Below are positions 1 through 12,290 of a stretch of 64,000 nucleotides of DNA, one piece after another; position 1 is the stretch's first letter; the number at the start of each line of letters is the position of its first letter. The DNA comes from Vicugna vicugna (Eukaryota). The DNA is taken from positions 6,173,741 through 6,237,740 of the forward strand of contig MU058636.1 in NCBI GenBank assembly GCA_013265495.1, in the 5' to 3' direction. Position numbers and translations under genes: made by a program. The notes beneath the pieces are model-generated. The model worked only from the letters and a program-made list of their open reading frames with translations. It ran no database searches and was not told the origin of the DNA.

Positions 1-329
1 CCATCCCGGTCACGGGTCATTGCTGGCTGTGACCTCCCGCTCCTGCAGGGCTCTGGGGCTCACCAGCATCTGGCCTCTTGCAGCTTTCCCTTTCTCTTCT
101 CTTTTGCCGGTGCAGACATGGAGATCGGCCCTCTCCTTGTTTCCGCCAAAAATTACTCCCCCAAGATATTTTGGGTTTAGCAGATTTTACGAAGATTTAG
201 GATACAAATGTGGTTTGTGCTACAGAAGTGCAAAAAGCTGGAACTGATTATTGGTCTTCCATTTTAAAAATGTTTCTTGGCCCTTTACACAAAATGAGCT
301 CTAGGCTGTGGATGTATCAGTCAGCTCTC

Positions 330-418
330 TTCTTTCCCCACCCCTCCCCTCCCTTCTCCCTCCCCTCCCCTTCCTCCTCCTCCTCCTCTTCCTCTTCTTC
401 TTCCTCTTCTTCTTCTGT
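330..418. repeat. Polypyrimidine low-complexity tract (CCCCT/TCC/TTC)n
   Basis: Almost pure C/T run 'cccctcccctcccttctccc...tcctcctcc...ttcttcttc'; source of the poly-Ser ORF 210..482. Confidence 0.9.
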
Positions 419-875
419 CTTTTTATTTCCTAAACCTAAAAAGACAGAGACTGCTCATGCCACATATTCATCTGACAGATAGGCCTTTCTCACGTCCTAC
501 CAGCAGAGTCCTCTTTTGTCCTTTGAAGATTTAAGCCTCACAATGTGCTCTACTGACAATAGACCCTCTACACTAGGTGGGAGACAGTAATGTAAAGATT
601 TATTTTTCTTCTGATATGAATTACGCCATACTCCCCTTGAAAAGTGGAAGCATCTCTAGTCAGCTTATGTTTTTAATGTTCCCACTCCCCCTTTTAACAC
701 TCAGTATTGGGTTGCTGTTATTTTAATCTGATCTTGAGCCTCAAGAACCAGTCAGTTCATTTATGGATTTTATAAGTGGTTGTCCTTGGTATGGGGTAGT
801 TTAAAAAAAAAACAACTATGTTTACTCCCAAATAAATATGATCCCAGATCAGTGTTCTTTTTTAGTAGACATCCT

Positions 876-1010
876 AGAGTCAGAGTCTAGATCCCCTACG
901 CACTGAACGTCTGACCTCGGATAAATCACTTCTCCTCCAGGATGATAATAGGCCACAGGGTTGTCACGAGGGTTAAACAAAGTAACACAGCAGGTGGCGT
1001 AGATGCTCAG
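876..1010 (+). mobile_element. MIR SINE fragment
   Basis: 'ctgacctcggataaatcactt...gatgataata...cacagggttgtcacgagggttaaa' resembles the MIR core (tgaccttgggcaagtcactt...atagggttgttgtgaggattaaa). Confidence 0.6.
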
Positions 1011-2332
1011 AGCATGAGCAGGCGAGTTGCAGGCAGGTCTTCAGAGCTGTGGTCCAGTTAGGCTGTGAAGTAGCCTGGCTGCCAGCTCCTGGTACCCATC
1101 AGCCTCCAAAGCACCAGCAGCTACAGCAACAGTCTCCATTTTAGCGGAAGAGCCTTAGGAATCTTCTGGAAAATGACTCCCACTCAGTCAGCAGAACCAC
1201 GACTCCTTTGTACTAAAATGATGCAGTTAAGTAGGGCATCCAGTTCACCCAACAGCAGGGTCCTTCTTACAGAAGTTTCCACCATTCCTGGACTTCAGAA
1301 CAATTTTTATTAATCAGTTGCCTGGAACCTTCACATCGAATCATTTCTTCAGAAACAAATAAACAAACAAAAACAGGACTTCCAGCCGCCCTTGCGACAC
1401 CTACCTCACAGCAGGGCGCAGGGATGCTTCGGAAGGCACTATTCCCCATGTGACCATTGCCCCCTAACTCCCACTCCCCCAGTGAGAAACTCATCTCCCT
1501 CCTCACCAACTCGCAACTCAAGCTAGGTGTCCTGTTGTACTGAGAAGCCCCCGAAGGATCACTGGAGGCCGGTACCAGCGAGCACGTGGCAGGGGAGGAC
1601 AGATGGCCTGTTACGTCAGAGCTCCGAATCGCTGAGCTAGCTACACAGGATTACATAAGTTTTCACTAACTTACTTAGGAAAATGTATCAGCAGAGCTCA
1701 TTAATTTCTAAAATTAAATTCACAAGGGAAAAAATCTGAAGCACAGTTTTTCCCTGAATTTCTCATGGCCTCTGTTACTCATTTCAGCAGAGATACAGGA
1801 CCAGGTGGCAGGCAAGCATCTCTTTATAAACAACAAGACTGGGATGTGATTCCCTATGAAATGCAGCTAGAAAGCCCCAAGATGGAAAACTCCTGGTGTG
1901 TAAACAACCTGCCACCCTCCGTTCTTCTCTGTGGGAGCCTGACAGTCACTTGACATAAAACCTGCACCCATGACTGCCCTTTTTTTTTTCGTTTAAAAAG
2001 TTCAGACTTTTAAAGAAAAAATATTGATCATACTAGATGCAGGGAATCCAAAAGACCTAACTGAAGTGTGCCTTTCCCATCATTCTAAATGCTAATGATT
2101 CAGATTTGGGGAGGGAAAAAAGCTGAAGTGAAAGTCCTCACCTATGAAGAGGTGACTGGTCAGTGTCCTCTAAGTATGAGGGGAAAGCATGTGCACTGGC
2201 ACTGCTTTGGGGGAATTAGGTTAAATACATTGAATAGTTGGGACCACGAAGGTTGAAATGGGAGTCACATGGGAATTTGCAGAATTCCTAAACTTGAGTG
2301 CCTTGTAATACAATATTAAAATCATGAGCAAT

Positions 2333-2485
2333 ATCGTTTATTGAGCATTTATGGTGAGGTAAGTGCATTATGTAAAAGACCTTTAATCCCCAAGTGGCCC
2401 TGCAGGATGGAAACGACGTTTGAGCTGTGATTGCTCTACCAGAGTGAAATGGAAGCCAGGTCTCTCTCATTTCAAAGCCCAAGAC
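2333..2485 (-). mobile_element. MIR SINE fragment
   Basis: 'tttattgagcatttatgg...tttaatcccc...gaagccaggtctctctcatttcaaagccc' matches reverse-complemented MIR. Confidence 0.55.
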
Positions 2486-3114
2486 TGTGTTAAGTGGGGC
2501 ACTGGGATTCTTACAGCATATGCACCGCTCTGACCTGTCACCTACTATGGTTGAGAACTCTGACTTCAGTTTTTATTTTGAATAACATTGAAGACAAGCA
2601 TATGTCGGCTCTTTCAACTCCTTTCTATTTAGAGAAATTAGTATTTTTGTCTTTAAAATTCCAGATTGTTTAAATGAAAACAGGAGAGTCATATATGTGG
2701 ATTTTATGTGAAACTCATGCGTGAAGATGCAACAAGATCTTTCGAGACAGATTTTACTTTAAGCCTCGTCCTAGTCTGCTAGTGCCCCTGCGTGTGAACA
2801 GAGACACACAGTCACATTCCTAGCTCCTCTTTCTCCTCCCCCTGAATCAACGTCCCTGCTTCTCAGGTTCTGAGCTGGGATTCCCCTCTTGGTCCTGACT
2901 TCTTGGGTAGTTTGGCTCAAGGGACATCTCCCAACTATCTCTTTTTGTGCTTTATCCCTGAGCAAAGAACGGGGCTCAGACTGGCTATGAAGCACCGAGC
3001 CCTGAAGAAATTAGTGACAAGGGCATGGATGGTGGCCAGCTCAATGCAGGGTTCTTTACCACTGCCCCGAGAAGTTGAAGCTGAGTCCCAGACCCACCTG
3101 TCTCTTTGCTGGGT

Positions 3115-3222
3115 GATGCTTGAGGGCAAGAACCACATATCCTTCACAATTTTATCCTCTGAGCCTAGTACAGTGCCTGGGCTGTGGCAGATGCCCCATA
3201 TATGCTTGCATAAAAGATGAAA
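3115..3222 (+). mobile_element. L2 LINE 3' end fragment
   Basis: 'cttgagggcaagaacc...gcctagtacagtgcctggg...tatgcttg...gatgaa' matches the L2 3' terminus pattern. Confidence 0.6.
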
Positions 3223-3356
3223 AAAATCTGATCTCATATTTCAGCCTCTAGGCCTATATTGCCACATGTATGATCCTTGTCACTAAACTAAGAAATCTAC
3301 AAGTAATTGTGGAAAAATCTGTGTTTGCGTCGTGAAGTATGGACACAGGCTAAAGT

Positions 3357-3482
3357 TACACACACACACTTTATAATATGCTTTATATACAATGTATATC
3401 TTTCATATATATCCTGATGTATATGTATTATCTATACGTTCTATATACATATGTTCTTTATATATATAACATATATAGATCC
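3357..3482. repeat. (CA)n followed by TA-rich low-complexity tract
   Basis: 'acacacacacac' then repeated tata/catata units. Confidence 0.8.
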
Positions 3483-3907
3483 TTTAATAGGTTCCTTATT
3501 AAGTTGATTGTACATTGAATTATTGTAGAAGAGCTATAAAATGTTGTGAAGTTTTTAATAAAATCGTTTTTCATAAAATATGACATGAAAATTTATTTTT
3601 AATTTAGCTTTTTTATTTGAAGTAATACTATAGAGGTAAATTACCTATCACAATACTCAGCATAGAGCCGGCACTCAACAGATATTTATTGAATTTTATT
3701 AAGACAAAGTAGAAGCATTTGTAATTTAAAATATATCTAAAACTTGAATGTCTTTTAAGACAAGGAACATCAAATGTCTGAAAAATAAGGCAAACATCTG
3801 GTTGCAAAATTATTAAAGTGGTAATTCCGATGATGTCCATCAGTTTTTGCTTGCCAGTTTATTCTATGAGCATGTTAGTAAACATCTGATTTTTTTCTTT
3901 TTTTCAG

Positions 3908-4022
3908 TTGAGAGGATGCTTGTTCAAGGATGTAAACAACAAACTGGTGAACTCTTTACTGAATTTGCTGTGGTGTGACAGTTGCTGCTCTGACTCAAAA
4001 GAAGAGGAAAGCCTCACGAACT
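3908..4022 (+). other. Candidate internal exon (115 nt), gene unknown
   Basis: Branch-like CTGAT, long polypyrimidine tract and 'ttttcag|' acceptor at 3906-3907; donor 'ACT|GTAAGA' at 4022/4023; first frame open (LRGCLFKDVNNKLVNSLLNLLWCDSCCSDSKEEESLTN). Confidence 0.3.
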
Positions 4023-4430
4023 GTAAGAAATGATTTTATTTAACCAAAAGGTGGCAATCAGGTCATGTGGAGGGGGAACTGCATTTTGTAGGCATACTGT
4101 GGTTTACTTCAGCACTTTTTTGATTTCAAATATGACCCCACCCCATTTCTCTTAGTATTTTGTGAAATATGTCTATTGAATTTCTCAGTAGGTTTAAGAA
4201 ACTTTTCAGTGAACAGATAGGCGACCAATAGCTATTGGATGGCCAATAAGAGGTCAGAGAAATAGGAAGGACACTCTTCACCAAGAAGGCCAATGATGTG
4301 TGTGTTGGGAGGATGCAGACGGGGCACAACAGAGGAGGGCTGTGGGGCTGTCCTGCTCACACAGGTAGCATCTGAGACTGACTTGCTTAATGTGAGAATT
4401 ACTTAATTAGCATAGCAGATAGAGTTGACA

Positions 4431-4590
4431 TTGAATCTCATTGCTGCAAGTCCCTAGCCTGTGACCCTGGCAAATTATTTAATCTTGCTCAGCTTCATTT
4501 TCCTAACCTGTGAACTGGGAATGATAATTAGATCTGATCCAGGGGTTTTGTGAGGATTAAATGAAATGGCTCGAGGAGTCCCTTGTGGGT
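4431..4590 (+). mobile_element. MIR SINE
   Basis: 'gtgaccctggcaaattatttaatcttgctcagcttcatttt cctaacctgtgaactgggaatgataat...ggttttgtgaggattaaatgaaat' is the MIR core. Confidence 0.85.
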
Positions 4591-7247
4591 GTGGCTTGTT
4601 GGGAAAATGGCCAGTGTGTCCCTGGTTCAGGAAGGGGTTCTGAGAGAGGCAGGGAAAAGGGCTATGTGCTCTGTGGGGACGCAGCAGGAGAGAGGCCAGG
4701 CCAGGGGGCCGGGGAGCAGGGAAGAGACAAGTCTGCTGGGTCCTCTTCCCTCCAGTCTTCAGATGCGCTCATTCATCCACTTTCATCGGCTCCATCACCA
4801 TTGTACTTACTGCCCCCAGAACAGCATAAGCAGTAGATACTAAAATAAGAGTAGCGACATCTCCACATGGCTCTAGAGAAAACAACCAAAACTCCCTTCC
4901 GAGGAAACCACTCCCAGAATTGCACTGGGGACACAGAACGGCCAGTAAACTTCTTGAGCGCCAGTTGTGTCCTGGATGCTGTGTGCGCCGGCTCTCTGGA
5001 CTGCCTGGCAGGGCAGCTTCTGAGGGTGCATCCTTGTCTCCTAGATCCGTGACCTTCCATAGCATGTGCGCTCACTCACTGAGAGGTGACCTGATGGAGC
5101 CTGTGTGTTTTCTTGGCAACATGAAAGAACCGCTGAGAACACGGGTACGTGCTGCTCTCCAAGGGCCCTGTTCCAGTGTAAACTGTGCACAAACTCCCTA
5201 CAAGGGAATTGACAAAACGTGACCACAGTGCAGTCACCCTCTGGTTATTATTTAGTTACTTAGTTATGTTAGTTATTTAGTGCTTTGAAGGGCAGGCAAA
5301 TACACTCCTTTACTAAAAGGGAACCCTCAAGGACGCATACAAAGCACAGAGGAAGGGGTGGAATGATCGCGTTTTGTTTTGTGGTTGAACCTGAGCGGAG
5401 TCACTGGCAGCCCGTGCAGTCACACTCAGATGGCCTTGTGATAGCTCCTCTGTCTTCTCTTCCTCTTTCCTCTCCCTGGGCAGTGCTCCTGGTCTTTTCA
5501 GCCATTCCCCTACTCTCAGGGCCCTGAATATCTGCTAACCAGTTCTTCTGAGTTTCCCAACAGCATGGTAGGGGCTCTGTTGTGTTGGGCTCCTTGGGGC
5601 CCTAGACCTGCCAGCGGCAGCCTTTAGTTGCTTTCCAAGGAAACACTACAAAGAGGACTCCCCCCCCCATCGACACTGACCACTTCCTGTGTGTCATTAT
5701 GCAGACAGGGTCGCTTATGCCCTGTTTGCCAATGACAGACAAGAATCCCCGTCACTCATGTATGAGAAGGCACTGCCATGGTTACATTTTTCTAGGTCAC
5801 AGTTAATAAACGCTGACAAATTGCCTGTGAGCATTTTATTCCTATTACGCTGAGACATGAACATTGGATTTTCCTTTCTCCATTTTTGATGTTAGAAGAG
5901 CCTGAGTTCATCACAGGAGGGACAGAAGATACGGACTGCAGGTCAGAGGCACAGTGCCCACAACAGCTCACTCTGTAAGTTTAATAATGTATTCTTTCCC
6001 AAGCAGTATGTGCTCCCTGCACCTATACGAGACACCCACAGAGTGACTGTCTAATTTGCAAAAGCTGTAACGAGGGTGAATGGCAGCTAGCAGCAGGCAA
6101 GGTAGTCTAGACTCCAGAATCGCAATTAAAGTAAAAGGGCTTCACCAGTATTTGTCACCACACATGGAGCCTTCACTTTGGGAAAAGAACAAAATGCCCA
6201 ACACATTGTCATAATCCCCAGTGGCAATTAGCATTCTGTGAGCCTGTTTCTTGCAATGCCTGAGCTCTTCCTGTTCACAACAAAGACCTCGTCTGCTGTC
6301 CACTCAGAACCCCCGAATGCCTTCTCAGGCCAGAGAATACAATCTGTACCTTTGTACAGTGCCCTACAGAATCAGGGAGCAGCGACCTGCAATCCCTGAG
6401 TTGGAACCGGAGCCCCTTAAACTTCAGATGAGTCATTGCAGGGAGATGAGGAGAGACAGGACTGAACATTAGCCACGATTTTCCCCCGGGGAATTTGCCA
6501 AAGCTCTCAAGGGCCACCATGTGAGGGTCTCATAGCAGCTGGAATCTCACTGAGACAGAAAGTTAAATCCTTGGAGCTTTCTAAATTATGCTAATGAAGC
6601 CACACAAGATACATGCCAGTTAAACTACCCCTTTCAGGGAAGTTCAGAGCATCCCAGTGAAGGAGCCTTACTCACTAGCACAGCCACCTTCTCACAGAAG
6701 TCCTTACAGGTTATTGTGTTTGATGGTGTGACTCTGTCAAAGAAATGGATTAGACAAGGTTGGGTCCTTGACTGTAAAACAAAATGTGTATACTGGAAAT
6801 TAGTCCGAATTCTGGCATGTCACGACATAGCTACCCAACTGAGTCTTCCTTGGATGATCCTAGGACGGTGGCTGCCAACTCAGTCATAGCCTCTCTCTTA
6901 AGGAGTCTGAATGCAAAACCATACAGAAAGTGACACAGAGCAGAACACTGTACAAAGCAACATACATAGCTTTAATAAACAAAGAATAACTGGATCTCTC
7001 AAACTGCCACCTCACCTCTGCTGCCCGTTCTGGAAAGAGTGAAGGGAAACTATATAAACTCTGCCTCCTCCAGATCCTTCCACTGTCTTCCTTCTCCCTG
7101 CTGGTCAGGAATCGTATTTCACTTCAGCCAACAGAGAGCACATCTCAAACTCAAGCTTTTGGGGAAAGGAGCACGTCTTGGACTTCTTTGGGGGCTGGTT
7201 AGGAGATTATGATAGATTTACCCCAGCATCCATCTTCTAATGCCCTT

Positions 7248-7336
7248 GTTTTTAATCGGGTCTATTGAGATACAATTTACATAGAATACTCATCACCCAT
7301 TTTAAGTGCAAGTTTTGACAAACACATGTAGTCATG
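7248..7336 (-). mobile_element. L1M 3' terminal fragment
   Basis: 'tattgagatacaatttacatag...cacccattttaagtg...ttttgacaaa...gtagtcatgt' is the reverse complement of an old L1 (MB/MC-type) 3' end. Confidence 0.75.
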
Positions 7337-7373
7337 TGTGTTAGTTTCCTGGGGCTGCCGTAACAAAGTACCA

Positions 7374-7375
<2 letters not shown>
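7337..7375 (-). mobile_element. MLT1 (MaLR LTR) terminal stub
   Basis: 'tgtgttagtttcctggggctgccgtaacaaagtaccac' matches the MLT1 terminus 'tgtattagtttcctagggctgccgtaacaaagtaccac'. Confidence 0.8.

Positions 7376-7445
<70 letters not shown>
7376..7445. repeat. (GT)35 microsatellite followed by TA-rich tail
   Basis: Uninterrupted GT repeat of 70 bp. Confidence 0.97.
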
Positions 7446-7454
<9 letters not shown>

Positions 7455-7499
7455 ATATATATATAATTATGTGTATATCATTATGTTGAGTGAAAGAAT

Positions 7500-8390
7500 T
7501 AGGTATTATACAGACAGTCTTGTGTATGGCTTCTTTTACTTGACAGCATAATTTTGATATTCATTTGTACATTTTGGCATAGCAAGTTTGTTCCTTTTTT
7601 ATTGCTGTGCAGATAGATGAATATACCATGAATTATTTATACATTCAATTCCTGATGGACATTGAGGTGGTTTCCAACTTGGAACTGTTACAACTAAAGT
7701 GGCTATTTGTGTACAAATAGTGTGTGGACAGAAGTTTCATTTATCTTGGGTAAATATCTAGGAGTGAAATTGCTGAGTCACAGAGTTAGGATAAGATTAA
7801 CTTTATAAGAAACAGCCAAACTGATGTCCAAAGTGGCGTGCGTTTTGAATTTCCAGCAGTAATGTATGAGAGCTCCAACTGCTCTTCACCAGCACTTGAC
7901 TTGCCATTTAAAAAAATTTCTAACTATTCCAATGAATGTGTAGTTTTATCACACTGTGGTTTTAATTTGCACTGCCATAATGACTAAAGGTGTCGAGTAT
8001 CTTTTCACGTGTTCCTTTGCCAGTGCTGTATCTTTGCTAAAATGGGTTTGGCCATTTTTATCCAGCTGCTTTTTAAATTATCATTGAATTTTAGGATATA
8101 GTTAGGATAGAAGTCCTTTATCAAATATATGTTTTGCAAATATTTTCTCTTACATCTGCCTTTTCTTAACAGTCTCTTTAAAAAAACAAAGGTTTAAATT
8201 TTGATGAAGACCAATTTATCAATTGTGTTATAGTTTATACTTTGAATGTTCTAAGAAAGGTCACAAAAAAATCTATGTTTATTTCTAAAAGTTTGATAGT
8301 TGTAATTATTATGTTTAGGACTATGATCCATTTTGAGTTAATTTTTGTATGTGGTATGAGGTAAAGATCAGAGTGCATTTTTAATTTTTT
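7500..8390 (-). mobile_element. L1M ORF2 C-terminal region and 3' UTR (decayed)
   Basis: Typical antisense L1 text ('cttgggtaaatatctaggagtgaaattgctgagtca', 'tgtggttttaatttgcact'); ORF 8235..8429 gives DLYLIPHTKINSKWI, like L1 ORF2 DPYLTPYTKINSKWI. Confidence 0.9.
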
Positions 8391-9915
8391 TATTTCTGAT
8401 GCTCTTCTTTTTTTTTTACATAGATTCAAATTTCTACCTTAGTAACATTTTGTTTCTGCCTGAAGAACTTTGCTTAACATTTTTGCTTAACATTTCTTAT
8501 AATGTGAGACTGCTAACAATAAGTTATCTCACCTTTTGGTTGTCTAGAATGGATCTGATTTAGCATTTATATTTCAAAGGCTTTTCTGTTGGATATAGAA
8601 TTGTCAGTTAATAAAGCATTTCAACTCAAAAGATGTTACTTTATAGTCTCTAGAGAACATAATTTCTGATGAAAAATCTGCTGTAAATCTTTTCTTTGTT
8701 GTTCTGTATATAGTGTCGTGGTTTTCTGCTTGCTTTCAGCATTTTCTTTTTAATAGTGCTTTTCTACAGTTTGATAATAATGTGCTTTGGTGTGGGTTTT
8801 CTCAGGGTTTCTTTTGTTTGGAATTTATAAAGCTTTTTATAATGTGGGTTTATAATCTTCATCACATTTGACAAGTTTTTACCTGTTATTTCTTCAGGTA
8901 TTTTCTGTCTCCACTCCTCTGTCTCTCCCTCTGTCTCTCCCTCTCTTATCCACTTGCACTTTTGTGAGGCTGACAATGTCCCACAGTTCGATGAGTCTAT
9001 TCATTTTTCCACTGTGCTGCTTCATTCTGGAGAGCTATTACCGCTTTGTCTTCAGAGTCACTGACCATTTCTTTGCAGTCTCTAACCTGCTATTAATTAC
9101 TTCTAGTGTATTTTCATTTTATATATTTTAACTTAAATCTCTAGAAGTTCCATGGGGGTCTTTTGAAAATCTTCAGTTTTTCTTCTCATCATGTTTCCTT
9201 TACATACTTGAGCATATTTATAATATTTGTAATTGGTGTTAAAACCTTACCTGCTAATTACACCAGTTCCCTCATTTCCTTATATTAATTTTTTCTCCTG
9301 ATTATAGGTCATATTTTCCTGCTTTCTCTCATGCCTGATAATTTTTTAATGCTAGACATTGTGAAATTTATGTTGTTTCAGGGTGCATTTTGTTGTATTC
9401 CTTTAAAGTTAAATTTCTGGCAGGCAGTAAAGTTATTTGTAAATCAGTTTAATCATCTCAAGGTTTTCTTTCAAGCTGTGTTAAGATGGGTCCAGAACAG
9501 CCTTCATTCTAGGTATAATTAAACCTAACTACTAAGGTGAGAACTTTCTGAGGATTTTATTAAATTCCCTATGTAGTATGAGGTCTCTCCAGTCTTGGCT
9601 GCAGGCGGAATAAATACCTGTGCGAACGTGGGGAATTATTCAACCTATGACTTTTGGGGCTGCTTCTTCCAGCCTTCTAGAGTTTCATCCCATGTGTGTA
9701 TAAAGCTTTTGTTCAAAGATTCAAGGATGTCCCCTACAAGTCTTTGTCATCTTCTCTATGTACAGCTTTCTTCTCTCCAACATTTTACCTCATAAATTCT
9801 AAGAACACTTTCTTGAATTTTAAACTCTGTCTTAACTCAGAAGGACCAGTAGACTCTGCTTGAGCACCTCTCCCTGCACTGCATCATGGAAACCTGGTTG
9901 CAAGCAGCAATAATT
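8391..9915 (-). mobile_element. L1M (ME/MC-like) ORF1 and 5' region (decayed)
   Basis: ORF 8764..8976 'KIPEEITGKNLSNVMK...RKPTPKHIIIKL' resembles L1 ORF1 'IFEEIIAENFPNL...RSTPRHIIIKL'. Confidence 0.85.
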
Positions 9916-9927
9916 GACATTCCTTTC

Positions 9928-10057
9928 TTTCATTTATTTATTTACTAATCATTGAGCGTTGACCCTCACTTCATGCCAGGCAAGGCTTAATACACTAAAT
10001 ACTTAGATGGAACAAGCAGAAAAATGTCCCAGTCCTTGTGGCACTTACATTCTAATG
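9928..10057 (-). mobile_element. L2 LINE 3' end fragment
   Basis: 'ttcatttatttattt...cattgagcg...tgccaggc...cccagtccttgtggcacttacattcta' is the reverse complement of the L2 3' end. Confidence 0.7.
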
Positions 10058-10109
10058 TTTTACAAAATAAAATGGAATTACTGGAAAGAAATCTCTAAGC
10101 AGCACACGT

Positions 10110-10426
10110 GAGGCAGACCGCACTGTATTGCGCTTCTCTTTGCTGCTCTTTGCAGCTATTGCTTGTTTTTTTAATTGAATATTTGTGGCAACCCTGCATC
10201 AAGCCTTTTCTCAACATCACTATTTTTAATATATGTACATTGCTTTTATTGACATAACACCATTGAACACTTAAAAGCCTGTGGTACAGTACATGTATAA
10301 CTTTTATGTGCACTGGGAAACCAAAAAAAAAAACAAAAAAAAAACCCACGTGACTTGCTTCATTGCAACAGTCCCTTTATTGCAAAGGTCTGGGACTGAC
10401 TCTGCGGTATCTCTGAGCTCTGCCTA
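10110..10426 (+). mobile_element. Internally deleted Tigger1 (TcMar-Tigger) DNA transposon
   Basis: Both ends match Tigger1 termini ('aggcagacc...tattgcgcttc...ttgtggcaaccctgc' and 'acttttatgtgcactgggaaaccaaaa...tatctctgagctctgcct'); TA follows the right end. Confidence 0.85.
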
Positions 10427-10428
10427 TA

Positions 10429-10740
10429 TAAGAGGTGCATAGAAAATACAAAGAATCAGGAAAACTAACAGGAACCAAGGTCATGCACAGAAACAATCCG
10501 TACTGCACAGGCTACTGCTGCTGAGATAAGAAGCTCTCAAACCATTTTCAGATTCTTGCATCATTTGCTCAAGATTTGAACTTTTAGAAGAAATGATCAC
10601 ATGGCAAAATCTAAGTCAGTTCTTACCCCCCGATTCCTGGAAGGAAGGGAGAAGGACCTTCAAGGCCCCCTAACTTCTGCAGTGGAAGTGAGGCATTGTC
10701 TCTACCAAGATGGCACGAAATTGAGAACTCCTGATAAGGA
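10429..10740 (-). mobile_element. Old MaLR LTR (MLT1M/N-like), interrupted by the Tigger1; left stub at about 10068-10109
   Basis: 'ttcttgcatcatttgctcaagatttgaa...atggcaaaatctaagtcagttc' resembles MLT1N 'tctttgcgtcactcgctcaagattcaaa...ttggccgagcctaggtcacgtg'. Confidence 0.5.
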
Positions 10741-12064
10741 CTTCTGGTGTGACTGGAAGGAGGGCAGAGGCGGGAGGCTGGACAGTCAGAAGACGACAAA
10801 AATCCACTACAGCTGCATAGAAGAGCTGAGACCCATGGAAGTGGCAGTAGTAAAAGGCAAAAATAAGGTAGAAGCTGAATTCAAGAATTAGAAAAGGGAA
10901 AAGAAAGATTGCTTACTCATTAGCGGAGACAAAATACGCATCGGGGGGAGGAGAGCCAAGTTCTGAGCGACTGGAGTGGCCGGCGGGTCCCCAGCTCTGG
11001 TGCCGGCTCGCTGGAGCTGCTGTCCTGGATGGGAGATGCATGTGCCAGTGGTTCATGAGGGCTGGAGTTACTGCAGATGTGATCATTTTCTCTCCCTTTT
11101 TATTCCCGTATGCATTTACAATGAACTGATTACACAAAGAAACCTGAGTGTCTTTCTTGACATCTGAAAGAACAGACCAGACTCCACTCTGCCGAGTGAC
11201 GGGAAGCCATGCCGGGGGCCAGGCAAGGCTGGAAGTCCCCCACGCTGTGCCGACTCCTGGGTCCCAGTGACTGCGGGGGCCCCATCCACTCGGCACCTCC
11301 ACATCCTTCCTGCCTATGCAGGGCTTTCTGTTCTGAGACTTCATTTTAAGAGATGTGACAGAAGATGTCAATGGTTTGACCATTGTGTCCACCTGTAAGC
11401 CACTCAAGCATGAGCAAGCATGAGCCACTCAAAATAAGTCACGGGGCATGGGAGTTTTCACTGTGATATTTAGACAAATTACATGCCCCACCTTGATTTT
11501 TTTCAAAATGCAAATGGCTTTCATTGTCTCAGAGGGCTGGGCACAGCGTAGGTTCTCTCTGGAGAACAAACTCTCCTTAAGCACAGTCGGCTGTGAATCG
11601 GGAGTTGCAAAGCGGTGAGAACAACTGAAATCAATGACAACATTTAGCTTCCTGCCAAGAGTAGCTCGCCCAGTTAGCAGACTGCGCTCAGATGCCTGCA
11701 GCCCACCGAGAACACCCCTGGGCTAGCGGGTGGCCCGGCTGGGGACGCACTAATTGCTTTTATTAATGAGGAGACTTCCCTTTTCTCCACTGATGTTTCT
11801 TGAATTTCCATCTCATGCTTGGTTGGTGAAGCATCACTGCTGCAAGCCAAACCGCAGTTACAATACTTTTCTCCTAATCGAAATCAGCAGAGCATATTTT
11901 GAAGGAGGAAACAGAAAAAAAAAATAGTTATATTTAATTCCTAAATGGTTCTTTAAAATCATGAACATTTTCAAGTGTAAAATCAAGTTATTATCTAATG
12001 AGTTTAAACCAACTGCAGCACGCTGCCCTCAAGTGCTGCATGTTAGCACTGGGTTGGATGCTAG

Positions 12065-12290
12065 TTTCCAAGTAAAGAGCACTGGATTTGGAGTCCAAAA
12101 ACTGGGGATCCTGTACAGTTGCTCAAGGACACTCAGCACTGCTTGACCACTTGACCATAACTGGACCTTAGCCTCTTTCTTTTGATCCAGGACCACACTG
12201 TCTCATAGCCCTGGGGTCCAATGAGGATGAATAAGGTGTCAGGCAAACACGAGAGACTATAATCTGAAACAGTGGGTGCTTGCAGACATT
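12065..12290 (+). mobile_element. MIR SINE (degenerate)
   Basis: 'aaagagcactggatttggagtccaaaaactgggg' matches the MIR tRNA-like head; 'ctcatag...tgaggatgaataag' follows. Confidence 0.65.

Noticed and set aside
210..482. Poly-Ser ORF
   Set aside because: Translation of a (TCC/TTC)n low-complexity tract.
10913..11428. 171-aa minus-strand ORF
   Set aside because: Non-ATG start, no domain similarity, no supporting exon structure.
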